The position numbers and the translations under genes are program-made. From NCBI GenBank assembly GCA_963814585.1, contig CAWFDF010000003.1, positions 96,001 to 160,000 on the forward strand: 64,000 nucleotides of DNA, in the 5' to 3' direction. This DNA comes from an uncultured delta proteobacterium. GTDB taxonomy: Bacteria; Myxococcota; Myxococcia; Myxococcales; Anaeromyxobacteraceae. Shown one piece after another: positions 9,463-20,524 of the stretch. Positions within the stretch are counted from its first letter, which is position 1; every line of letters starts with the position of its first letter. The notes beneath the pieces were generated by a model, which worked only from the letters and a program-made list of their open reading frames with translations, was not told the DNA's origin and ran no database searches.

Positions 9463-10139
9463 GGAGGCGCCCCGCCGTCACGCGCGGCGTGGCGCTGGCG
9501 CTCCTGTCCGCCGCCTGCGCCACGGCGCAGCGGCCGGGGCCACCCGCGACCGGGCCGGAGATCGCGACCGGGGCCGCCGACCAGCCCGCCGCGCTGGCCG
9601 CCCGGGCCCGCGCCGCGGTGAGCCGGAGCGACGAGGAGCCGGACGCCGCCGCGCGCTCGGCCCTGGTTCGGGAGGCCATGGAGGCCGGCCAGCGCTGCGA
9701 GGAGCTGGCGCCGTCCACGCCGACATGCGACTACGCGCTGGCGCTCGCCCTGGGCGTCCAGGCCCGCGAGCAGCGGGCCACCGCCCTGTCGACGCTGCCG
9801 GCCATGGTGAAGCTGCTGCGGGCGGCGGCGGCGGGGGAGCCCGGGCTCGACTCCGCCGGGCCGAACCGGGTGCTGGCGATCCTGCTGGTGCGCGCGCCGG
9901 GCTGGCCGCTCGGGCCGGGCGACGCCGAGGCCGGCGTGGAGTCGGCCCGGCGGGCGGTGGCGCTCTTCCCCGACCACGCCCCCAACCTCACGGCGCTGGC
10001 CGAGGCGCTTCGCGCCAGCGGGGACGAGACGGGCGCGGCGGCGGCGGCGCAGCGCGCCCTGGCGCTGGCCAGGCAGGCCGTGGAGGCCGGACAGCCGGAG
10101 GGGCCTCGCTGGCTGCGGGAGGCGGAGCGGCTCCGGTGA
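9459..10139 (+). CDS. TPR-like helical lipoprotein, TatT/BstC-like
   Basis: TTG start overlapping the upstream stop; lipobox LSAAC; CDYALALALGVQARE and AGPNRVLAILLVRAPGWPLGPGD motifs. Confidence 0.65.
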   Translation: MRRRPAVTRGVALALLSAACATAQRPGPPATGPEIATGAADQPAALAARARAAVSRSDEEPDAAARSALVREAMEAGQRCEELAPSTPTCDYALALALGVQAREQRATALSTLPAMVKLLRAAAAGEPGLDSAGPNRVLAILLVRAPGWPLGPGDAEAGVESARRAVALFPDHAPNLTALAEALRASGDETGAAAAAQRALALARQAVEAGQPEGPRWLREAERLR

Positions 10140-10336
10140 CGCCGTCGCGAGCTCGGCGTGGCGCCCGGGTGGCCAGGGAGGCGGCCCTGCGCCATGCCAG
10201 GCCTGACGGCCGCACCCTCTTCGGGGAGCCCGGTCGTCCTCCTTGCCGCGACGCGGTGGCCGCCGGATGATTCTCCGGCGGGAATCGAGCAGGCGGCCGG
10301 GTCGGACGCGCCTCCCGGTCCCGCCCAGGGGGATCG

Positions 10337-11164
10337 ATGGCGGCACCGCACCCGAGGACTCCCCTCCGCGTCGTCGACCTGGCTCCCGACCAGGAGCGGC
10401 TCTACTTCGCCTGCCTGGAGGACTGGCCCGGCGCCGACCTGGCCGGCGCCGGCGATCACAAGGCCCGCTGGTACCAGCGGGCACGCCAGCAGGGGCTGCG
10501 CGTGAAGCTGGCCCTCGACGTCGACGGCGAGGTGGGCGGCATGATCCAGTACCTGCCCATCGAGCAGGCGCCCGCGGTGGGCCGCGACCTCCACTTCATC
10601 CTCTGCGTCTGGGTCCACGGCCATCGCCAGGGGCGCGGCGACCGGCGGGGGCACGGGCTGGGCACCGCCCTGCTCGAGGCCGCCGAGGCCGACGCGCGGG
10701 CGCTGGGGTCGAAGGGGATGGCGGCGTGGGGGCTGGCCCTGCCGTTCTGGATGCGGGCCTCGTGGTTCCGCCGCCACGGCTACCGGAAGGCGGAGCGGCG
10801 AGGGCTCTCGGCGCTGGTCTGGAAGCCCTTCCGCCCCGACGCCGTGGCCCCGCGCTGGCTCGCCGAGACCGGCCGACGTCCCGACCCGGCGCCGGGGAAG
10901 GTGGCGGTCACCGCCTGCCTGAGCGGCTGGTGCCCGGCGCAGAACCTCGCCTTCGAGCGGGCCCGCCGGGCGGCGCTGCCGCACGGGGAGAAGGTCGAGG
11001 TCCGCCTGATCGACACCTCCGATCGCGCCACCATGGAGTCCTGGGGACAGTCCGACGCCCTCTTCGTCGACGGCCAGCAGGTCCGGACCGGGCCGCCGCC
11101 GTCGCAGCAGCAGCTGGTCCGCCTCATCGGCAGGCGGGTGGCGCGGCTCGAGGCGGCGCCATAG
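10337..11164 (+). CDS. GNAT-fold protein with thioredoxin-like C-terminal domain (YoaP-like)
   Basis: GMIQYLP, FILCVWV, acetyl-CoA motif RRGHGLGTALLEAAE; C-terminal GWCPAQ...LFVDG. Confidence 0.75.
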   Translation: MAAPHPRTPLRVVDLAPDQERLYFACLEDWPGADLAGAGDHKARWYQRARQQGLRVKLALDVDGEVGGMIQYLPIEQAPAVGRDLHFILCVWVHGHRQGRGDRRGHGLGTALLEAAEADARALGSKGMAAWGLALPFWMRASWFRRHGYRKAERRGLSALVWKPFRPDAVAPRWLAETGRRPDPAPGKVAVTACLSGWCPAQNLAFERARRAALPHGEKVEVRLIDTSDRATMESWGQSDALFVDGQQVRTGPPPSQQQLVRLIGRRVARLEAAP

Positions 11165-11259
11165 GAAAGGTCCGGACCGGGCCGTCGCAGCGGCTACTGG
11201 TCCGCCTGGTCGGCAGGCGGGTGGCGCGGCTCGAGGGGGCGCCGTAGGAAGGGTCCGGA
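11079..11259 (+). repeat. Degenerate tandem duplication of the last ~85 bp of the GNAT gene
   Basis: AGGTCCGGACCGGGCCG...GGCAGGCGGGTGGCGCGGCTCGAGG..GCGCCRTAGGAA at 11079-11167 and 11168-11250; a third stub GGTCCGGA at 11252. Confidence 0.85.
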
Positions 11260-12519
11260 AGGCGTGTCGCTCGCCCGTTCCTCAGCTCGTGCCGCCGACC
11301 TGGCGTACCGTCCGACGGTCCGCGCGCCGAAGGCCTGCCTCGCAGCCAAGGCGTTGTGCCGTGCGCAGACGACGCGAAGATTCGCGACCGTGCTCTCCCC
11401 TCCCCTCGCCCACGGCTCCAGGTGGTCGAGCTCCAGCCGGTGCGTCGAGCCGCAGCGGCCTCCCGAGTCGAGCGGCCAGGCGCAGCGCCCCTGGTCGCGT
11501 GCCCAGACGGCGCGGCGGACGGCGGCGGGGATGGCCTCACGAGGGCCGGTGCGGCGGTGGAGGGGCTCGGTGGCGGTGCCGAAGCAGGAGCCGTCGGATG
11601 CGGGCGGCCGCGGCGCGACCTCGTCCGGCTCGGCAGGCGCCTGGGGCGTGGGCGCGACCGTTCGCGGCCGCTTCACCTGGCCGCGGGCCCTGGCCTGCTT
11701 CTCCAGCAGGAGCTGGAGCGCCGCGTGGAGCACCTGCTCGGTGGTTGCGCCAGGGATGGCGTGCGAGAGGCCGTCCCTGGCCATCTCCAGCTCCCGCAGG
11801 AACTCCCGACTGACGGTGACGTGAAGCCGGCGCAGGTCGGCGGTGAGCGGCTCGACGTCGTCGCGGGTGGGAGGAACCGATCTGCGGGCGAGCTGGGCTG
11901 GCGGGAGTCCAGACGTTTGGACTGCCTCCCCGGTCGGGGTCGGCGCCACCGTGGAGGTTGCCATGGGCAAGCGCCCAGCCGCCGGCCCACCTGGCTCCAC
12001 CGGCTGAAGCCTCCGGTCCCGCTCCACCCTGGTCACGAGGTCGCGCGCCGGCAGCTCCGGCCTGGGCGCCAGCGCTGCGGTGACCTCCTGGGCCTCTCGC
12101 GCCGAGAGGCCGAAGTACCGGGGCAGCACCTCGTCCCGGTTCTCCCCGGTGAGGACCTTGGCGAGCTCGGCGGTGGTCGACATGCAGAGCCGGCCATCGC
12201 GCAACGGCTCGATGACCTCGGGGTATCGCTGGACCAGCCGCACCGCGCTGAGCCGCCAGTAGGCCCCGCTCCGCGAGAGACCGAGCTCGACTCGCGCGAA
12301 GGAGAAGAGGTTGGCATGTCCCAGCGCCACCCAGCCGCGGCGGGCGTCGAACGCGGAGAGGGCGACCAGGAAATCGGCCATGGCCGACTGCTCCTTCCGA
12401 AGGAGGGCCTTCAGGGCATCACGCTGCTGCCGTGCTTCCAGGAGCTCGAGAGCGGGGGTGGCCGGAGCGTGAACGAGAGCCGCGGCCGAGGACGGGGTCG
12501 GATGGGCGGTGGCGCGCAT
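11194..12519 (-). CDS. HNH endonuclease with long helical N-terminal region (DUF222/13E12-like architecture)
   Basis: C-terminal IPAAVRRAVWARDQGRCAW...CGSTHRLELDHLEPWARGGESTVANLRVVCARHN. Confidence 0.85.
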   Translation of the reverse strand: MRATAHPTPSSAAALVHAPATPALELLEARQQRDALKALLRKEQSAMADFLVALSAFDARRGWVALGHANLFSFARVELGLSRSGAYWRLSAVRLVQRYPEVIEPLRDGRLCMSTTAELAKVLTGENRDEVLPRYFGLSAREAQEVTAALAPRPELPARDLVTRVERDRRLQPVEPGGPAAGRLPMATSTVAPTPTGEAVQTSGLPPAQLARRSVPPTRDDVEPLTADLRRLHVTVSREFLRELEMARDGLSHAIPGATTEQVLHAALQLLLEKQARARGQVKRPRTVAPTPQAPAEPDEVAPRPPASDGSCFGTATEPLHRRTGPREAIPAAVRRAVWARDQGRCAWPLDSGGRCGSTHRLELDHLEPWARGGESTVANLRVVCARHNALAARQAFGARTVGRYARSAARAEERASDTPSGPFLRRPLEPRHPPADQADQ

Positions 12520-12547
12520 TCACGGATGGTCTCACGCGGGTCTGACA
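12520..12547 (-). promoter_or_regulatory. Candidate PafBC/WYL-activator-type promoter of the HNH gene
   Basis: Minus strand TGTCAG-N10-GACCAT-N6-ATG versus mycobacterial consensus TGTCGG-N10-TA-N3-T. Confidence 0.5.
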
Positions 12548-12629
12548 TTCTCGGGGCGGCGGAAGGGCATGAAACCCAATAGGGACGCCCATTCCCCGGC
12601 GCAGCCAAGGCGAGTCAGCGAGCCCTGAC

Positions 12630-14150
12630 TCACCCGGTCTCGAGGACTCTGAAGCCGCAGCGACGGAGGTGATCGAAGGTCTCGTCCAGCTCCTGAAGCG
12701 CTGGGACGTAGACGACGGTGCCATCCCGTCCGCGAGTGAGGAGCACCCGGTACGCGTTGACCCGCAACTGGAACGGGTCCCTCACCTTCGCGCCGCGCTT
12801 GTACCCCCTGGCAAGCATGCTGGACCACCGGCCATCCTTGCGGAGCAGGTCGGTCCCCCAGGCAAGCAGGACGGCATCGAGCTCCAGCCCCTGGGCCTGG
12901 AATTCGGTCACCACATCCTTGAGGTGCCGGCATGACAGCGGGTTGGACTCACCTTCGCCAAACCAAGGGCCGACCTTCAGTCGCTTCGTATCCTGGAAGC
13001 CGTTGAGGATCCCGAAGTCCTCCAGCGCCTTGTCCTTCGATGACGCAGCGAGTCCAAACCTCGCATCGCGCGCCTCACCGTAGCGCTCGCGAAGGTAGTC
13101 CTTGGCGACCTCGAGGTCGCGGGTCAGATGCAGCCGGTAGCCGCCCTGGAACAGGCCTTCTGCGATCCTGGAGGCGTCGATCGCACCATGACCATGCTCG
13201 AGCACCTTGGCGACGAAGCCATGGAGGTCAGTAGCCAAGTGGAAGCGGATCTCGGTATCGAGGTTCAGCTTTGCTCGCTCGAGGCGGAGCCTACGGCGGA
13301 ACCGGCTTTTCGCCTACCGGAATCGTGCGACGCCGAAGACTTCGGGTGCCGCCCTGGGAGCACCGTGGACCGTCCAACTCCCGGGCTGGGCGCACCCCTC
13401 GAGCGAGCTGAAGCCAATCTCGCACTGGACCAGGCCGCCTTCCTCGCCGATGTGGATCTCCTGGCCGGTCCCGATCAGCCCGATGACGACACACCACTCC
13501 GGGATGCGCTCGGCGAACTCGATGAAGTGCTCCGGCTCGCTCTTGGGTTTCTCGTGCTCGTGGCTCTCCGCGACCCTGTCCTTGTCCCAGGCCCGCTGCG
13601 CCTCGTCGAAGATGCAAGATGTGCTCCGGCGGGATGAGGTGCCTCTTCCTCGAGTACTTCTTGACGTAGTCCTTGACGCCTCGAACGAACGTCTTGCCCT
13701 CACCGCCGGCGCTCCGGAGTTCGTACTGGAGCACCTGCACCAGCGGGCCATTACCCGAGAGGAAGACGGCCGGGGCGGTCGGCCTCCGCGTTCCGCTCGC
13801 GTCAGCGCCAGGTCGTCCAGGTAGTCCGCGTGGACGACCCGGAGCCCGACCAGGGTCTTTCCGGCCCCGGCACCCCGGTGACGAGGATGAGCCTTCGGCT
13901 CCTCGTTCGTGCAGCCTCATGGACGATTCTTCCTATCTCGGCGACTGCTGGATCGGTCACTGCGGCGGCCCGCCAGACGTCGCGGACCGTTCTCGAGTCG
14001 AACAGTTCACGGGCTGCCTATCACCAGGGTCGGAAGCGGCCGGTAGGCGTTCTCGGCGAGGAACTCGGCCGTGGTCAGGGAGCCCGTGGCCCACTCGGGT
14101 TGCAGCCTCTGCACCAGCTCGTCGAGCGCATCTGGGCCGGCAACAGGCAC
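12630..14150 (-). pseudogene. DUF2075-family ATPase/helicase-like gene, 5'-truncated and multiply frameshifted
   Basis: Across frames: LILVTGVPG/AGKTLVGL (Walker A), AVFLSGNGPLVQVLQYEL, IFDEAQRAW, VIGLIGTGQEIHIGEEGG, TEFQAQGLELD, NAYRVLLTRGRDG. Confidence 0.75.
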
Positions 14151-14151
14151 T

Positions 14152-14622
14152 CATCCTCTCTGCCGCGGAGCCGGAGCGAGAACTCTGGGAAGACCATCTC
14201 GTGGAGGAGCTTGCTGCAGGCGCCATCCTGGACACCGAGCGAGACGCGTTGGTCAAGGCCAGGCGTGGACAGGGAGTCTTCCGGAGCAACATCGCTCGCA
14301 TCGAGCGGGAATCCGGATCACGGCGTCTCGAACCCCGCCTACCTCATCGCCAGTCACATCGAGCCCTGGCGGCATACCTCGATGACGAGCGCCTCAGCGA
14401 ACACAACGGTCTGATGCGGCACCCCAGGCTGACTTCCTCTTCGATCGCGGGTTCATCACCATCTCGGAGGGGCGCGTCCTCGTATCGCCCGCGCGGAAGC
14501 CGCGCTCGCCAAGCTGGGAGTCGATCCTGACCACCCACCGGCGATCGGCTCCTTCTCGAGGGAGCAGGAGCGCTTCCTGGCCTTCCACGGTCGGAGATCT
14601 ACAGGTCCCCTCGGCCGCGTAG
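14152..14622 (+). pseudogene. HNH restriction-endonuclease-like remnant, N-terminus missing, frameshifted
   Basis: Across frames: TERDALVKARRGQGVFRSN, GVSNPAYLIASHIEPWR, ERLSEHNGL, DFLFDRGFIT, EQERFLAFH. Confidence 0.7.
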
Positions 14623-14626
14623 CCCC

Positions 14627-15202
14627 CTACCCCTCCACCACCCTCCTCACCGTCCTCCAGTTCCGCCAGGTCCCCATCGTCCCCAGCGTCCGGTCCAGGT
14701 AGTCGGACGTGAGCCGGGTTCCGGAGACGCCCCGCGGCAGGTACAGGAACACCTCCCGCCCCCGGACCGCGAAGCGATCGCCGAGCGACCGGGCCGGGTC
14801 GAGCGCCCTCACCGCGGCCGTCGCCGGACGGTCGGCGAGGAAGACGACGTGGAGCAGCTCCTCGTCGAGTCCCTCCAGCTGGAGCGGGTTCCCGCGCAGC
14901 ACCCCCGCCAGCTCCGCCGCCGAGCGGACCACCATCGCCGGCCGGTGGCCGTACGCCTTCTCGATCCGCGCCGCCACCCTCGCCGGCACCGCCCTGGCCA
15001 CCGCCGTGGTCGCCCGGAACCGCACGTTGCCGCTCTGGATCACCGTGCGCACCGCCGAGCAGCCGGCCGCCTCGAAGAACCCGGCCAGCGCCTCCATGGG
15101 CAGCAGGTTCCTCCCCCCGACGTTCACGCCGCGCAGCAGCGCCACCCACTCGCCGGCGCGCCCGGTCCCGGGTCCAACCGCCTTGTCTCCCATCGGTCTC
15201 AT
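14627..15202 (-). CDS. DUF1697 family protein
   Basis: WVALLRGVNVGGRN...VRTVIQSGNV...GTWRNWRTV; start could also be ATG at 15193. Confidence 0.85.
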   Translation of the reverse strand: MRPMGDKAVGPGTGRAGEWVALLRGVNVGGRNLLPMEALAGFFEAAGCSAVRTVIQSGNVRFRATTAVARAVPARVAARIEKAYGHRPAMVVRSAAELAGVLRGNPLQLEGLDEELLHVVFLADRPATAAVRALDPARSLGDRFAVRGREVFLYLPRGVSGTRLTSDYLDRTLGTMGTWRNWRTVRRVVEG

Positions 15203-15247
15203 CCCCCGCCGGCCATGGCCCGGCGTCACCATTCTGGCCCTCCACGG

Positions 15248-15277
15248 TTGACAAGACCACCACTCCCCACCTATCCG
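15248..15277 (+). promoter_or_regulatory. Possible sigma70 promoter of topA
   Basis: Perfect TTGACA at 15248-15253, weak -10 (TATCCG) 18 bp later, ATG 8 nt after. Confidence 0.35.
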
Positions 15278-15285
15278 TCCCCGCC

Positions 15286-18130
15286 ATGGCTTCCAAGTCC
15301 CTGGTCATCGTCGAGTCGCCCGCCAAGGCCAAGACCATCGAGAAGTACCTCGGCGCCGACTTCAAGGTGATGGCCTCGGTCGGCCACGTGGTCGACCTGC
15401 CGTCCAGCCCGCTCTGCGTCGACGTGGAGAACGACTTCGCCCTCACCTACGAGGTGACCAAGCCGAAGGTGATCGCCGAGCTGAAGGCCGCGCTCAAGAC
15501 CGCCGACGCCCTCTACCTCGCCACCGACGAGGACCGCGAGGGTGAGGCGATCGCCTGGCACCTGCTCGGCCAGCTGAAGCCCAAGGTGCCGGTGCACCGC
15601 ATGGTCTTCCACGAGATCACCAGGAAGGCGATCCTCGAGGCGGTCGAGCGGTCGCGTGACATCGACACCGGCCTGGTGGACGCCCAGGAGGCCCGCCGCA
15701 CCCTCGACCGGCTCTATGGCTACGAGGTCTCGCCGGTCCTCTGGCGCAAGATCGGCCCCAAGCTCTCGGCCGGCCGCGTCCAGTCGCCGGCGCTCCGGCT
15801 CATCGTCGAGCGCGAGTGGGAGCGGATGAAGTTCCGCTCGGCCTCCTACTGGGACGTCTCGGCCCGCCACGCCACCTCGCCCGCCTTCTCGTCCACGCTC
15901 ACGGCCGTGGACGGCCGGCGGGTCGCCACCGGCAAGGACTTCGACGAGAAGGGCGTCCTCGCCTCCGACGCCCGCCCGCTCGACGAGGCCACCGCCCGCG
16001 GCCTGGCCACCGGGCTCGAGGGGCGCCGCTTCGCGGTCCGCTCGCTGGAGAAGAAGGGCTACCGCAGCTCGCCCAAGCCCCCCTTCCACACCTCCACCCT
16101 GCAGCAGGAAGGCGGCCGCAAGCTCCGGCTCGGCGCCCAGCAGGTGATGCGGCTGGCGCAAGGGCTGTACGAGCGCGGCTACATCACCTACATGCGCACC
16201 GACAGCACCACGCTCTCGGCCACCGCCCTCGCGGCGGCGCGCGCCCAGATCGGCGCGCTCTTCGGCGACCAGTTCCTGCCCACCCAGCCGCGCGGCTACG
16301 CCAAGAAGTCCAAGAACGCCCAGGAGGCCCACGAGGCCATCCGGCCCGCCGGCGACGCCTTCCGCACCCCCGAGTCGCTGGCCGGCGAGCTCAGCGGCGC
16401 CGAGTGGAAGCTCTACGACCTGATCTGGAAGCGCACCCTGGCCTCGCAGATGACCGACGCGGTGGGCGAGTCGGTGGCGGTGAGGCTCGAGGCGACCACG
16501 GCCCGGCGGCGAGCGCTGCGAGTTCAGCGCCGGCGGCCGCACCATCGCCTTCCCCGGCTACCTGCGCGCCTACGTCGAGGGGGCCGACGATCCCGAGGCC
16601 GCGCTCGACGACCAGGAGTCCCCGCTGCCAGAGCTGCGCCAGGGAGAGGCGGTGCCGGTCGAGGCGCTCGAGCCCATCGGCCACGTCACCTCGCCCCCGG
16701 CCCGCTACACCGAGGCCTCGCTGGTGAAGAAGCTGGAGGAGCTCGGCATCGGCCGCCCCTCCACCTACGCCTCGATCATGGGGGCGCTGGCGTCCCGGTA
16801 CGTCTGGAAGAAGGGGCAGGCGCTGGTCCCGGACTGGGTCAGCTTCGTGGTGGTGCGGCTCCTCTCCGAGCACTTCACGCAGCTCATCGACGACGCCTTC
16901 ACGGCCGAGATGGAGGACGACCTCGACCAGATCGCCGGGCGGGAGCGCGGTCGCGTCGACTTCCTCAAGCTCTTCTACTTCGGCGACGGGAAGCACATCG
17001 GGTTGCAGGCGCTGGTGAGCGACCTCGACCGGATCGACGCCGCCGCCATCAACTCGATCCACATCGGCAGGGACGCCCAGGGCGTGCTGATCGAGGCCCG
17101 ACCCGGCCGCTACGGCCCGTACCTGAAGCGCGGCGAGGACACCGCCTCGATCCCCGGCAACCTGGCCCCGGACGAGCTGACGGTGGAGCGGGCCCTCACC
17201 ATCCTCTCGGCGCCCACCGGCGGCCGGCTGCTCGGCCTCGACCCGGCCACCGGCCTCGAGGTGCGGGTCAAGTCGGGCCGCTTCGGCCCCTACGTCCAGC
17301 TGGCGCCAGCTCCGGCCAAGGAGGCGGTCGCGGGCCAGGAGGCCGCCTCCAGGGAGAAGTCGAAGGCAAAGGCGAAGGCCGGGCTGGAGAAGCCGGTCAA
17401 GACCCAGTCGCTGCTCAAGTCGATGGACCCGGCCACGGTGACGCTCGACGAGGCGCTCCAGCTGCTGGCCCTGCCCCGCCCGCTCGGCCTGAGCCCGGAG
17501 GGCGACGAGGTGCGGGCCTGCTACGGCAAGTTCGGCCCGTACCTGACCATGGGCGGCGACAGCCGTAACCTCGGCGGCGAGGACGACCGCGTCGCCCTCA
17601 CCATCACGCTCGACCAGGCGCTGGCCATCTTCGCCACGCCCAGGCAGTTCCGCGGCCGGGGCGCGCCCCGGCCTCCGCTCAAGACCTTCGGCGACGACCC
17701 GGTCTCGAAGAAGGCCATCGTCCTCAAGGAGGGCAAGTTCGGCCTCTACGTCACCGACGGCGAGACCAACGCTTCGCTGCGCCGCGGGGATGACCAGGCC
17801 GACCTGACGCCGGAGCGGGCCCAGGAGCTGCTGGCCGAGCGGCGCGAGTACCTGGCCTCGCCCGAGGGCCAGGAGAAGGCGGCGCTGCGGACCGCGCGGA
17901 GGGGCGGCCGGGGGGCGCGGGCGGCCAGGGCCGCGAAGGCCAACGTGCCCAAGCCGGCCAGGGCGGTGAAGGTGAAGGCCAGGGCGGCGAAGGCCGAGCC
18001 GGCGAGCGCCGTGGCGAAGCCCGCGGCCGAGCCGAAGAAGTTGAAGGCGAAGAAGGCGGTGGCCGCCATGGCCGCCGCCACGCCGGAGAAGGCCAAGCCG
18101 CCGAGGAAGAGGGCGGCCGCCAAGAGGTAG
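15286..18130 (+). CDS. topA: DNA topoisomerase I with one frameshift near 16503
   Basis: LVIVESPAKAKTI, ATDEDREGEAIAWH, SAGRVQS, GYITYMRTDS, QEAHEAIRP, GIGRPSTYA; removing one C at 16502-16504 joins ORFs 15286 and 16652. Confidence 0.95.
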
Positions 18131-18140
18131 GGCAGTCAGG

Positions 18141-18247
18141 CCTGCGCGCCGTCGCCACGCGACGGCTTGCGGTGCTTGCGCTGCGCGCGCCGTCGCCACG
18201 CGACGGCTTGCGATAGAAGCCTGCGCGGCGCAGCAAGCTGCGCCTTG

Positions 18248-18248
<1 letters not shown>
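18141..18248. repeat. Three REP-like palindromic units between convergent topA and ettA
   Basis: CTGCGC(GC)-[8-bp stem hairpin]-TTGC at 18141-18170, 18180-18211 and 18220-18248. Confidence 0.75.
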
Positions 18249-19912
<1,664 letters not shown>

Positions 19913-20043
19913 GGCGGCGGGCTCTCGGGGGGCGGTGGGGGATTCTTCGGGGGCGGCAGTCTACTCGAAATTTGGGGCGGGCCGCCCGGGGCGGGCCCCC
20001 GGTACTGGCGGCCGGCCGCGCCGGCTCCTAGGCTCTCCGCCAC

Positions 20044-20517
20044 ATGAACACCGAGCCCCTCCTGACCGACATCACCCACACCATCCAGCTGGCGATCGCA
20101 CCGGTCTTCCTCCTCACCGCGGTCGGCACCACCCTCTCGGTCTTCGGCACCAGGCTGGCCCGCATCGTCGACCGGGCCCGGCGCGTCGAGGCCCGGCTGG
20201 CCGTGGCCACGCCGGCCACGCTGGAGCCCACGCTCCGGGAGCTCAAGATCCTCTCGGCCCGCGCCAGCCTCATCCACCTCGCCCTCACCTTCGGCACCAG
20301 TTGCGCCATCATGGTCTGCCTGGTCATCGCGGTGGCCTTCGTCGGCTACCTCCTCGGCGCCCACGTCGGCGCCGCGCTGGCGGTCCTGTTCATCCTCGCC
20401 CTGGGCGCCTACGTGGTGGCCCTGCTCTGCTTCCTGCGCGAGATCTTCATGGCCATCCAGAACCTCCGCTTCGGCCTGCCGGGCGAGGTCGGCGCCGCGC
20501 CGCCGCCGGGCGCCTGA
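20044..20517 (+). CDS. DUF2721 family membrane protein
   Basis: IQLAIAPVFLLTAVG...RLARIVDRAR...FLREIFMA. Confidence 0.82.
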   Translation: MNTEPLLTDITHTIQLAIAPVFLLTAVGTTLSVFGTRLARIVDRARRVEARLAVATPATLEPTLRELKILSARASLIHLALTFGTSCAIMVCLVIAVAFVGYLLGAHVGAALAVLFILALGAYVVALLCFLREIFMAIQNLRFGLPGEVGAAPPPGA

Positions 20518-20524
20518 ACCCCGC

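Noticed and set aside
16495..16510. Programmed frameshift in topA
   Set aside because: No slippery heptamer; a single extra C in a short C-run matches the indel pattern seen across the window.
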